A DNA stretch of 64,000 nucleotides. Source: an uncultured Gammaproteobacteria bacterium. Its GTDB lineage: Bacteria; Patescibacteriota; Microgenomatia; 2-02-FULL-39-11. The translations under genes were made by a program, and so were the position numbers. Under the pieces are notes generated by a model, which saw nothing but the letters and a program-made list of their open reading frames with translations, did no database searches and was not told the origin of the DNA. Below, piece after piece: positions 29,162-38,150 of this stretch (positions are counted from its first letter, which is position 1; each line of letters opens with the position of its first letter). The stretch is from positions 3,468 through 67,467 of the forward strand of contig CAZJBV010000002.1 of NCBI GenBank assembly GCA_964544585.1. Reading direction: 5' to 3'.

Positions 29162-29907
29162 AAAAAGTAATTGTGGTTATGCCTGCTTATAACGCAGAAA
29201 AGACGATTGAGAAGACATACTGGGATATTCCTAAAAATGTCATTTCCGAGGTCATAGTCGTAGATGACGATAGTCGTGACAAAACAGTTGAGATTGCTAA
29301 ACGTCTAAAACTCCCGGTCGTAGTCCACCCCAAAAATCTCGGTTACGGTGGTAATCAAAAGACATGCTATAAAAATGCACTGGAAAGGCATGCTGATATC
29401 GTCGTCATGATTCACCCCGATTATCAATACGACGCCACCCTAACCGTTGACCTAATTAAACCAATTAAAGAAGGAAAAGCAGATATCATGCTTGGAAGCA
29501 GAATCCGCTCGAGACAGGAAGCATTGGCAGGCGGCATGCCATTATATAAATACATCAGTAATAGAGTTCTGACTCTTATCGAAAATATTATTCTCGGCCT
29601 AAACCTTTCCGAATATCACACCGGCTTTAGAGCTTTTAAAAGAGAAGTTTTATATAAACTTCCCCTCAAGAATTTTTCCAATGACTTTGTCTTCGACCAA
29701 GAAATTTTAATTTCTGCCCACGCCGCCGGCTTTAAAATGGGCGAAATCGCAGTCCCAGTTCGCTATTTCAAAGAAGCTTCATCAATAAATTTTATTAAGT
29801 CTGTTGTTTATGGAATAATGATCCTTGCAACATTGGCAAAATTTATTCTATTTAAATTAGGCGTCCCAAGCAATCAATTTAAATTCGCAAAGTCATCGCC
29901 CAAATGA
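29158..29907 (+). CDS. GT2, polyprenyl-phosphate glycosyltransferase (DPM1-like)
   Basis: VVMPAYNAE, NLGYGGNQKTCY, HPDYQYD, EYHTGFRAF. Confidence 0.9.
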   Translation: MKKVIVVMPAYNAEKTIEKTYWDIPKNVISEVIVVDDDSRDKTVEIAKRLKLPVVVHPKNLGYGGNQKTCYKNALERHADIVVMIHPDYQYDATLTVDLIKPIKEGKADIMLGSRIRSRQEALAGGMPLYKYISNRVLTLIENIILGLNLSEYHTGFRAFKREVLYKLPLKNFSNDFVFDQEILISAHAAGFKMGEIAVPVRYFKEASSINFIKSVVYGIMILATLAKFILFKLGVPSNQFKFAKSSPK

Positions 29908-31547
29908 AAAAAGATATTTTCGTTATTATTCTTATTTTTGTCATCTCTTTCTTTACCCTCAAAGACCTTTGGAAGCCCGAATTCTATACTAGTCACGATG
30001 GAGCCCATCAAGTCGTCCGTCTTTACTATTGGGATCAAGCCATCAAGGATGGACATATTCCCCCAAGATGGGTAGGAGGGCTCCTCAATGGTGCGGGTTA
30101 CCCTCTCTTTATTTTTTCCTATCATATGCCTTGGATTATTGCCGAGCCATTCGTCCTGGCAGGCTTTTCTATTATTGAGGCAATAGAGATCACTTTTTTT
30201 CTAGGCTTTGCCCTCTCCGGCACAACCATGTATATTCTTCAAAAGGCGCTTTACGGTCGATTTGGAGCTTTGGTGGGTACAACTATCTATCTTTTTGCTC
30301 CCTACCGCTTCTCCAACATTTTTGTTAGGGGTGCCATAGGCGACGCAACCACTTTTATTTTTATACCACTTTTATTTTTATCTCTCTATAAAATTGTTCA
30401 GGAAAAAAGTATTTCCTGGATTTATGTCACTTTAGGGGCTCTTTCACTTGCCGCCATACTTCTTTCTCACGCCATGGTCTTTCTCTTTATTTTTCTCGCC
30501 ATGTTTTTATTCTTTTTTTATTTTTTACCGCATGCTACCAACAAAAAAATATTTTCTCTAAATACACTCTTTATTATTGCATTTGGTTTTGCCATATCAA
30601 GTTATTACTTTTTACCATCGCTTCTTGAAAGAAATTTAACCATGTTTCCGCAAGTTATAAAACAAGTTTTTAGCGGACAGACATTTCTCACCATTCGCGA
30701 TCTTCTCTACACTCCCTGGGGATATGGTTTACTCGACGCCAAAATTGGTCGCATGTCTTTTCAAGTAGGTATAGCTCAATGGATTGCATTCTTAATAAGT
30801 CTTTTAGTATTGGTTTGGGAAATAATCAAGAGGAAAACAAATAAGCTTGCATTATTTTATGTATTACTATTTTTATTATCCATATTTATGATGCTTGAAA
30901 TATCTTATCCAATCTGGTTATTAATAGAAAAAATTGCCATCATTGATTTTTCCTGGCGTATTCTCCCCTTGACAGTATTTTCCGCATCAGTATTGGCTGG
31001 ATTTATCATTTCAAGATCTCGCATAGGAATTATTTTCGGAATCTTATTAATTTCCCTTGCAGTCTATGGAAACAGAAATCACTTACGCATTAATAAGCCT
31101 CTAGATTGGGATATACCCTTTTATTTAACACTCGAAAAGACTACAAATAGCTACGATGAATATACCCCTCTTTCCGCCCGTCAAGATAAAATAAAGGTAA
31201 AACGGCCCAAAATTGACTTAGTTGGCGTCAAAGGTACTTTTAAAATTTTGAAAAATTCATCAAATAAAGTTCTTGCCGAAGTTAATACCGAAACGAGTGG
31301 ACATGTCAGCATAAATAATATCTACTATCCTGGCTGGGAAATAAAAGTCAACGGTATAAAAACCAATATCTTCGACTATTATGGATTTCTAGGTATCAAC
31401 GTCCCACGAGGATTTTCCAAAATCGAAGCAAAATTTACCGAAACTCCCTTACGAAAGGCAGGTAATATAATTACTCTTGTATCCATGTTATTCTTATTTT
31501 ATAAAGTATTTAGATCATTCAAAAAGAAAAAGAAATTACATGCATAA
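29904..31547 (+). CDS. GT-C-like membrane protein (PTPS-related / YfhO-like)
   Basis: SHDG..Q..RL, G..PPRW...L.G.GYPLF, APYR..N.FVRG, YYPGW. Confidence 0.8.
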   Translation: MKKDIFVIILIFVISFFTLKDLWKPEFYTSHDGAHQVVRLYYWDQAIKDGHIPPRWVGGLLNGAGYPLFIFSYHMPWIIAEPFVLAGFSIIEAIEITFFLGFALSGTTMYILQKALYGRFGALVGTTIYLFAPYRFSNIFVRGAIGDATTFIFIPLLFLSLYKIVQEKSISWIYVTLGALSLAAILLSHAMVFLFIFLAMFLFFFYFLPHATNKKIFSLNTLFIIAFGFAISSYYFLPSLLERNLTMFPQVIKQVFSGQTFLTIRDLLYTPWGYGLLDAKIGRMSFQVGIAQWIAFLISLLVLVWEIIKRKTNKLALFYVLLFLLSIFMMLEISYPIWLLIEKIAIIDFSWRILPLTVFSASVLAGFIISRSRIGIIFGILLISLAVYGNRNHLRINKPLDWDIPFYLTLEKTTNSYDEYTPLSARQDKIKVKRPKIDLVGVKGTFKILKNSSNKVLAEVNTETSGHVSINNIYYPGWEIKVNGIKTNIFDYYGFLGINVPRGFSKIEAKFTETPLRKAGNIITLVSMLFLFYKVFRSFKKKKKLHA

Positions 31548-33237
31548 AAAAATATTTTTGTGGATAAACAATCATCGAAAACTTTTGTTAATATTTGCCT
31601 TTATTTTTATAAGTTTTTTAGTTAATTCAATTCACACCCAGTTTCCCGACGAATTCGATAATATATTCGGTGGATACCTCATTAACCAAGGAAAGCTTCC
31701 CTATATTGGTTTTTTCACCCATCACAACCCTGGTGCCTACGTACTAGCATCTTTTATTACCATGTTTACAGAAAGAAGCTTCGTATTTTTCCGAATTATT
31801 TTTTCTTTTATTTTATTTATTTGGTTTGTTGTTAGCTTTTTTATAATTAAAAATAGACTAAAAGACCAAAATCCAATTTATTTTATTCTTTATGGAGTAC
31901 TCATCGCCCTGGGAAGTACATACTGGTGGGGACAAATGTTATTGTCAGAAACGATCGTCGGCCACCTTCTAGTTCCCGTAATGCTTATTATGATTGGCAA
32001 GGATCTCATGCAAATTCGATTTGATATAAAAGATATATGGATAATATCTCTTCTTACATTCTTGTCTCTTTTTACATCCCTCACCTATATTTATTTTATT
32101 CCTTTTGTATTACTAATTACTTTTTATTTTTATTTAAGGGATAATAAACCCTTTACCCCCAAAAACATAATTACCCCACTTATTATATTCACTTTCCCTT
32201 ATCTTATCTTTTTTATATACCTTATCTTAACAGGATCATTATTTGAGTTTTATTTTGCCTCAATTTATTACAACGTAAATTATTATATTTACAATTTCCC
32301 CAAGGTTGCAGGTATACATTCACACCACCCTGTTCGATACGCCATCTCAATTGCCAGAAATTCCATAGATGGCATTTCGGCTCTTCTTACCCAAATTCCT
32401 TCATTCAATCTCTCTTATCCCATGAACATTTCTCTAGCCCTAGGAAATCTCATCGCCATTATTTATTTTCTCCTAAAACGTCGCTTTGGCCTGACTTTAC
32501 TCTTAACTAGCATGATGATATATACAAACGCCAGAAGCGAGCCACTCAATATTCATGAAACCGATTTTCATGCCACCGTGTATATCATGCTCACCATCGC
32601 CACCACTATGTATATTTTTTCTAAAATAAAAAATGATTTAGATAAAAAGTATCCTTTTTCATTTAAAAGCATTTTTGCCTTCTTATTTATTCTTGGCGGA
32701 GTATACTGGCTTTTTGCCGCCATGTTTTGGGGCAATAGTTTTATGAATAAAGCCTATGATAAATTAATGGGTAATGCTCCTCTTATTTACGATAGACCTC
32801 AAACTGGACGCATACTAAACACACTCCTTACCAAAGATGATTATTATTGGATAGGACCCTTTGAACTCCAGGAACTATTATTTATAAATGGTCAACAGGC
32901 ATCAAAATACTTTTGGTTTCTTCCCGCCAACAGTCGCGATGAAAAAATTAAAAGGGAAATAATTGCCGATTTTGACAAAACCAAACCAAAAGTCATCCTC
33001 TTTAAAGATTGGTGGTCTAATTTTGGCGTCACACCGGAACAGTTCAACACAACGATTGTCACTTACCTTGACAAAAATTATTTCCAGTTAGAAGATCTCA
33101 AAAACGAAGGTTTAGAATTTACCGTAAATATGCCCCGCGAAAGAGATTTCGATTTTGAGAATGAACTCTATTTTAGAAAAGATCAAAAAGAAAAAATAGT
33201 CGCCGAATTATTTTCTAAAAATTTAATTCAAAAATAG
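31540..33237 (+). CDS. GT-C-like membrane protein
   Basis: PDEFDN..GG.LI..GKLPY..FF.HH.PG; start moved from the ORF-track position to the ATG at 31540. Confidence 0.75.
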   Translation: MHKKIFLWINNHRKLLLIFAFIFISFLVNSIHTQFPDEFDNIFGGYLINQGKLPYIGFFTHHNPGAYVLASFITMFTERSFVFFRIIFSFILFIWFVVSFFIIKNRLKDQNPIYFILYGVLIALGSTYWWGQMLLSETIVGHLLVPVMLIMIGKDLMQIRFDIKDIWIISLLTFLSLFTSLTYIYFIPFVLLITFYFYLRDNKPFTPKNIITPLIIFTFPYLIFFIYLILTGSLFEFYFASIYYNVNYYIYNFPKVAGIHSHHPVRYAISIARNSIDGISALLTQIPSFNLSYPMNISLALGNLIAIIYFLLKRRFGLTLLLTSMMIYTNARSEPLNIHETDFHATVYIMLTIATTMYIFSKIKNDLDKKYPFSFKSIFAFLFILGGVYWLFAAMFWGNSFMNKAYDKLMGNAPLIYDRPQTGRILNTLLTKDDYYWIGPFELQELLFINGQQASKYFWFLPANSRDEKIKREIIADFDKTKPKVILFKDWWSNFGVTPEQFNTTIVTYLDKNYFQLEDLKNEGLEFTVNMPRERDFDFENELYFRKDQKEKIVAELFSKNLIQK

Positions 33238-33276
33238 TTCTATAAACAAACTGATTAAGACAAAATTGACTTAAAA

Positions 33277-33385
33277 CACCTCGGACCTGCCTGCCGCCCT
33301 GCCTGCCGGCAGGCAGGGCAGGCAGGTTGGTGGCCCGCCAGCAACTGCGTAGCTGTGGGCGGGACTCCTCCGAGGTGGAGGAATC
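33277..33385 (+). repeat. Type-B stem-loop repeat with doubly nested palindrome and extra hairpin
   Basis: First 60 bp identical to 26669-26728; IR at 33277-33377; extra CCCGCC..GGCGGG hairpin at 33334-33363. Confidence 0.95.
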
Positions 33386-33392
33386 AAAACTC

Positions 33393-34181
33393 ATGAAAAT
33401 TTCAGTTGCAATAGCCACATACAACGAGGAACAAAACATCGGTAGATGTCTCAAAAGCGTTGCCGATTGGGTTTCCGAAATTGTAGTCGTTGATGGAGGA
33501 TCCACCGATAAAACTAGAGAAATAGCCAGGCAGTACAAAGCAAGAGTCATCAAAACAGATAACCCACCCATATTTCATATTAATAAAAATAAGGCCATAG
33601 ACGCATGTCGGGGAGACTGGATATTACAGCTTGACGCCGACGAAGTAGTCACGCCTCCCTTAAAAGAAGAAATACTCAAAACGATCAACAATCGGTTTGA
33701 TGGTTTCTGGCTTCCCCGCAAAAACTTTTTTTTAGGGAAATTTTTGACCAAAGGAGGTCAATATCCCGACTACACTCTTCGGCTTTATAGAAAAGGTAAA
33801 GGCAAACTCCCAGCCAAATCAGTCCATGAACAAGCCGCTATCGTTGGGGAAGTTGGCTTTTTACATAACCCCTTGGAGCATTTCCCTTATCCAGATTTTT
33901 CTCATTACCTGGATCATTTCAACCGCTACACTACTATCCTTGCGACTGAATTTGCCAGCCAAAATGTTTCTTTAAACTTTTTAAATACGATTATTTATAT
34001 GTTCATAAAGCCCAAATTATGGTTTTTGTCTACATATTTAAGGCATAAAGGATTTATAGACGGATTTCCGGGATTGGTTTTTTCATTCTTTTCTGCTCTT
34101 CGATTTCCCACAGCCTATATCAAATATTGGGAAATGTCGGTCAAAGGCCGATCCGCCTTTGGCGGAAATAAAAAGGCATGA
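33393..34181 (+). CDS. GT2 glycosyltransferase (WaaE/KdtX-like)
   Basis: MKISVAIATYNEE, LDADE, YPD..LRL; start is the ATG at 33393 (the ORF-track start lies in the repeat). Confidence 0.9.
   Translation: MKISVAIATYNEEQNIGRCLKSVADWVSEIVVVDGGSTDKTREIARQYKARVIKTDNPPIFHINKNKAIDACRGDWILQLDADEVVTPPLKEEILKTINNRFDGFWLPRKNFFLGKFLTKGGQYPDYTLRLYRKGKGKLPAKSVHEQAAIVGEVGFLHNPLEHFPYPDFSHYLDHFNRYTTILATEFASQNVSLNFLNTIIYMFIKPKLWFLSTYLRHKGFIDGFPGLVFSFFSALRFPTAYIKYWEMSVKGRSAFGGNKKA
34137..34166 (+). repeat. Twin 15-bp GC hairpins in frame at CDS 3' end
   Basis: TCGGTC-AAA-GGCCGA followed by TCCGCC-TTT-GGCGGA, encoding SVKGRSAFGG. Confidence 0.65.
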
Positions 34182-35170
34182 AAGTTGCACTTATCAAGCC
34201 CCCCCTGATTGGCCATACAATGCGTGGCACCGGAAAATATACCACAGAATTATTCAAAGCCCTCAAAAAACAAAATATTGATATCGATCTGGTTGAATAT
34301 CATTCCAACCTCAATTCCTTTGACCTGGTTCACTACCCCTATTTTGACCCCTTTTTTCTTACACTTCCATTATTTAAAAAAAGACCAACAATTGTCACAG
34401 TCCACGATCTTATTCCTCTTGTCTTTCCAGAGCATTTCCCTAAAGGCATAAAAGGTAACATAAAATGGCAAATGCAAAAGTTTGCCTTAAAAAACGTAGA
34501 CGAAATAATAACTGATTCAAATGCATCCAAAAAAGATATTATCAGACTCATCCCATACCCTGAAAATAAGATCAATGTTATTTATCTTGGTGTAGGCAAG
34601 GAGTTCAGGCAAATTAAAGACTCAGCAATCCTTTCCAAAACAAAAAATAAATATTCATTGCCAGATCAGTTTATACTTTACGTTGGAGATCGAAATTATA
34701 ATAAAAATGTAGATGGCCTTTTAATGGCTTTCCAGAAGATTGCAAAAGATTATTCCAATATTTATTTGGTATTAATCGGCAAAGGCTTCACTGATCTTCA
34801 AACCCCACCGCATGTTCTCAAATTTCATTCATTAACAAGCGAGGAGATGGTACACATATATAATCTTTCCAGAGCATACATTCAACCATCTTTTGCCGAA
34901 GGTTTTGGTTTACCGGTATTGGAGGCAATGGCTTGCGGCTGTCCCACAGTAGTCAGCAATACCTCAAGTCTTTCTGAAATAAAGGCTCCCAAATCAGTTT
35001 TAATCGATCCAAAAAATGTCGAAAGCATAAAGAGAGGAATTATAAAAGTATTAACAAGTAGTCCACAGCAAATTAACGAAATAATAATTGATGGTCTAAA
35101 AAACGCCCAACAATTTTCCTGGGATAAATGCGCCCAAGAAACAATCAAAATATATAAGATATATGTTTAA
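34178..35170 (+). CDS. GT4 glycosyltransferase
   Basis: VTVHDLIP, YVG....KN, EGFGLPVLEAMACG. Confidence 0.9.
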   Translation: MKVALIKPPLIGHTMRGTGKYTTELFKALKKQNIDIDLVEYHSNLNSFDLVHYPYFDPFFLTLPLFKKRPTIVTVHDLIPLVFPEHFPKGIKGNIKWQMQKFALKNVDEIITDSNASKKDIIRLIPYPENKINVIYLGVGKEFRQIKDSAILSKTKNKYSLPDQFILYVGDRNYNKNVDGLLMAFQKIAKDYSNIYLVLIGKGFTDLQTPPHVLKFHSLTSEEMVHIYNLSRAYIQPSFAEGFGLPVLEAMACGCPTVVSNTSSLSEIKAPKSVLIDPKNVESIKRGIIKVLTSSPQQINEIIIDGLKNAQQFSWDKCAQETIKIYKIYV

Positions 35171-36311
35171 GCGGATTTTATTAGTATTTAGCATCTGGAG
35201 AATATTACTTTTCCTGCTAGCTTATTTGGCTACTTTTATTTTACCCTTTACACCCCGCTTTCCCTATTCAGAAGCGCTTCTTATTCCATCCCTACTCCCT
35301 CCTTGGATATGGAGCTTTGCCAATTTTGATGGGGTACACTATATTACCATCGCCACCCGAGGTTATAGCGCCCAGTTTACTCAAGTATTTTTCCCCTTAT
35401 ACCCACTCCTTATTAGTCCAATTGTTTATTTATTTTCAGACAAATTCGCCATCATTTCAGGTTTAATAATTTCCAATTTAGCCTTCTTGCTATCTCTTTA
35501 CTTATTTACCAAACTAATTCTTCTTGACTATAGTCCAAAAATAATGTTTTGGACTCTCATATTTTTATTGACATTTCCTACTTCTTTCTATTTTGGCGGA
35601 CTCTACTCCGAAAGCTTATTTTTTCTTTTTATAATTGGTAGTTTTTACGCCGCCCGAAAAAAAAGGTGGTGGTTGGCAGGAATATTGGGTGCGCTAGCAA
35701 GTGCCACCCGTCTAGTAGGTATATTTTTACTCCCCGCACTATTATGGGAATATTATCATCAAAATAAAATAAAAAATAAAAATCTTTTATCTTTTATCTT
35801 TTATCTTTTATCTTCTCCAATTTTATATCTCGTTCCCCTCGGACTAATAAGCTATATGTTATATTTGCAACTAGCCTTCGGCGACTGGCTCTATTTCTGG
35901 CATATCCAACCGATCTTCGGTGCCGAAAGAAGTGGTACTAGCATAATCCTACTTCCACAAGTATTTTTTCGTTATCTAAAAATTCTTCTTTCAGTTCCTT
36001 TCACCATTGAATCGTTTTTTATTCCCCTTACCGAATTATTATCAACTACATTGGCCATCATGTTACTTTTCGTCGCTTGGAAAAAACGAGTCAGAATTTC
36101 TTATATTATCTTTTCATCTCTTGCCGTGTTAGTACCTACTTTGACTGGAACATTTTCCAGTATGCCCAGATACATTCTCATAGCTTTCCCCCTTTATATT
36201 GTTTTAGGATCAATAAAATCTCCCTTCGTAAAGATAATTTTACTAACTGTCGCAAGCCTCCTTTTAGGATTTTTGCTAATCCTATTTACTAGAGGTACAT
36301 GGGTGGCGTAA
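35163..36311 (+). CDS. PIG-V-like mannosyltransferase-family (GT-C) membrane protein
   Basis: NFDGVHY..IA..GY, FFPLYP, FPTSFYF...YSESLF, TRLVG, SMPRY. Confidence 0.85.
   Translation: MFKRILLVFSIWRILLFLLAYLATFILPFTPRFPYSEALLIPSLLPPWIWSFANFDGVHYITIATRGYSAQFTQVFFPLYPLLISPIVYLFSDKFAIISGLIISNLAFLLSLYLFTKLILLDYSPKIMFWTLIFLLTFPTSFYFGGLYSESLFFLFIIGSFYAARKKRWWLAGILGALASATRLVGIFLLPALLWEYYHQNKIKNKNLLSFIFYLLSSPILYLVPLGLISYMLYLQLAFGDWLYFWHIQPIFGAERSGTSIILLPQVFFRYLKILLSVPFTIESFFIPLTELLSTTLAIMLLFVAWKKRVRISYIIFSSLAVLVPTLTGTFSSMPRYILIAFPLYIVLGSIKSPFVKIILLTVASLLLGFLLILFTRGTWVA
35782..35814 (+). repeat. (TTTTATC)4 tract inside CDS
   Basis: Four perfect units at 35785-35812, encoding LLSFIFYLLS, preceded by an A-rich (AAAAT)-type tract. 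Confidence 0.9.
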
Positions 36312-36314
36312 AAT
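36309..36314 (+). promoter_or_regulatory. Putative -10 box, leaderless-type spacing
   Basis: TAAAAT ending 6 nt before the ATG at 36321. Confidence 0.4.
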
Positions 36315-36320
36315 GGCAGC

Positions 36321-37001
36321 ATGAAATTATTAATAGCCATCCCGGCCTACAACGAAGAATCAACTATCAGAAAAGTAATTAAATCTATTCCTCCAAAAAT
36401 AAAAGACATAAAAAAGATAGAGACTATTATCATAGATGACGGCTCTGAAGATAACACGGGAAAAGTAGCAGAAAAATATGGGGCAATAGTCTTAAGACAC
36501 CTAATCAATAGGGGATTGGGAGGAGCCATCGCCACTGCCTTAGAGTATGCAAAGATCAATAATTATGACTTACTCATTACCCTGGACGCTGATGGACAAC
36601 ATGAACCCAAAGATATTCCTATATTTATAAACTCAATTAGAGTCAACAAAAATGATGTAGTTATCGGCTCGCGATGGTTGAATGGTAGCGATGCACCCCT
36701 GTCGAGAATCTTTATAAATAAAATAGCCAATTTCCTTACTTTTTTTCTTTGCGGCGTATTTTCTACCGATTCGCAGTCTGGTTATCGCGCATTTAGTAAA
36801 AATGCAATTCAGAAAGTCAATCTCCACACCAGCGGTATGGAAGTATCAAGCGAAATATTTAGTGAAATTTATAAAAATAAGTTAAAATATGGTGAAGTAC
36901 CGATAAAGGCAATTTACACTAAATATTCAAAAGCCAAAGGACAACGTTTGTCTGATGCTCCGGATGTTTTAATTCGTTTAATAATAAGAATTTTAAGTTA
37001 G
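36321..37001 (+). CDS. GT2, polyprenyl-phosphate glycosyltransferase (DPM1/GacI-like)
   Basis: IPAYNEE, INRGLGGA, LDADGQH, TDSQSGYRA. Confidence 0.9.
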   Translation: MKLLIAIPAYNEESTIRKVIKSIPPKIKDIKKIETIIIDDGSEDNTGKVAEKYGAIVLRHLINRGLGGAIATALEYAKINNYDLLITLDADGQHEPKDIPIFINSIRVNKNDVVIGSRWLNGSDAPLSRIFINKIANFLTFFLCGVFSTDSQSGYRAFSKNAIQKVNLHTSGMEVSSEIFSEIYKNKLKYGEVPIKAIYTKYSKAKGQRLSDAPDVLIRLIIRILS

Positions 37002-37006
37002 ATACT

Positions 37007-37363
37007 ATGACGCTAACTCAAATTGTTTTAACCCTCTTTCTCATATTTGCCTTAAGTAGGGTGATACTCAGGTACCAAAGCAAAGAAGTATCTTTCCGTG
37101 GGCTTATATTTTGGACTTGTGTTTTTGGCTTGGCCATAATTGCCGAGCTCTTTCCCAATATCACTACCGAAATTGCCAAAATGTTAGGAATCACCAGAGG
37201 AGTCGACGCCGTAGTTTATACATCCATTGCTCTTTTATTTTATCTTGTATTTAGGCTCTATGTTTACTTAGAGGATATCAGAAAAGAAATTACCGCCCTA
37301 ATAAGAATGATAGCCATAAAAGATAAGTCTTCGCATGATCACAAAAAATCTTCCCAAAATTAG
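37007..37363 (+). CDS. DUF2304-family small membrane protein (GacJ-like)
   Basis: 3 TM, FP..T..IA..LGI.RG.D, IT.L.R.IA; follows a DPM1-like GT2. Confidence 0.85.
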   Translation: MTLTQIVLTLFLIFALSRVILRYQSKEVSFRGLIFWTCVFGLAIIAELFPNITTEIAKMLGITRGVDAVVYTSIALLFYLVFRLYVYLEDIRKEITALIRMIAIKDKSSHDHKKSSQN

Positions 37364-38150
37364 CATCATCACTCCCTCATACAACCAAGGAACATTGATA
37401 GAGGAGACTATTAAGTCGGTCCTATCTCAAAAGTATCAAAATCTAGAATATATCATCATCGATGCTCTATCAACAGATGGAACACTTAATATCCTAAAAA
37501 AATATCAAAAATATATTATTTGGAAGAGGGAATTAGATTCTGGCCAGTCAGATGCTCTCAACAAAGGTCTAAAGATGGCTACAGGCGAAATAATCGGATT
37601 TCTCAATGCAGACGATATCTATCTTCCGGAGGCACTAAACACCGTTGCTTCCTATTTTAAAAGTGAAAAAAATATTATGTGGGCCATAGGCGGTTGTGAA
37701 ATTATTGATGATAAAGGGAAAAAGACAAGAAATATAGTCAAATTATGGAAAGACTTTTGCTGGCAAATTGCCAGAGCTTCTAATTTAGAGCAATCAATTC
37801 TTCTTATTCTTAATTACATACCCCAACCGTCTACATTTTGGAGGAAAAATTCAGTAGGCGCATCAAATATATTTGACCAGAAATTAAAATTCACCATGGA
37901 TTATGATTTGTGGTTACGATTGGGAAGGCGATATACTCCGGGAATGATTAAGTATAATCTTGCCGCATTTCGCATCCATAAAGATTCTAAAGGGTCAAAG
38001 TTTTACCCAGCACAGATGCAAGAAGGATTAAAAGTGGCTAGTCGCTATACAAATTCAAAAGCCATTCTCTCTTTACACAAGCTCCATGATAAAGGTACAA
38101 TTGGTCTCTACAAAATATTTAATCAGGAACTCATTTCACAACATGGATAA
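37335..38150 (+). CDS. GT2 glycosyltransferase (WcaE-like)
   Basis: ISIITPSYNQG, GQSDALNKG, LNADD, QPSTFWR, MDYDLWLR. Confidence 0.9.
   Translation: MITKNLPKISIITPSYNQGTLIEETIKSVLSQKYQNLEYIIIDALSTDGTLNILKKYQKYIIWKRELDSGQSDALNKGLKMATGEIIGFLNADDIYLPEALNTVASYFKSEKNIMWAIGGCEIIDDKGKKTRNIVKLWKDFCWQIARASNLEQSILLILNYIPQPSTFWRKNSVGASNIFDQKLKFTMDYDLWLRLGRRYTPGMIKYNLAAFRIHKDSKGSKFYPAQMQEGLKVASRYTNSKAILSLHKLHDKGTIGLYKIFNQELISQHG

Noticed and set aside
26668-33385. CRISPR array or attC/integron cassette interpretation of the palindromic repeats
   Set aside because: No regular repeat-spacer period, no cas or integrase gene, no GTTRRRY/RYYYAAC ends, and several copies lie inside CDSs.
33215-33571. Minus-strand 118-aa ORF and the extended N-terminus (33327) of the GT2
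   Set aside because: Both are read-through of the GC-rich stop-poor repeat; the GT2 fold starts at ATG 33393.
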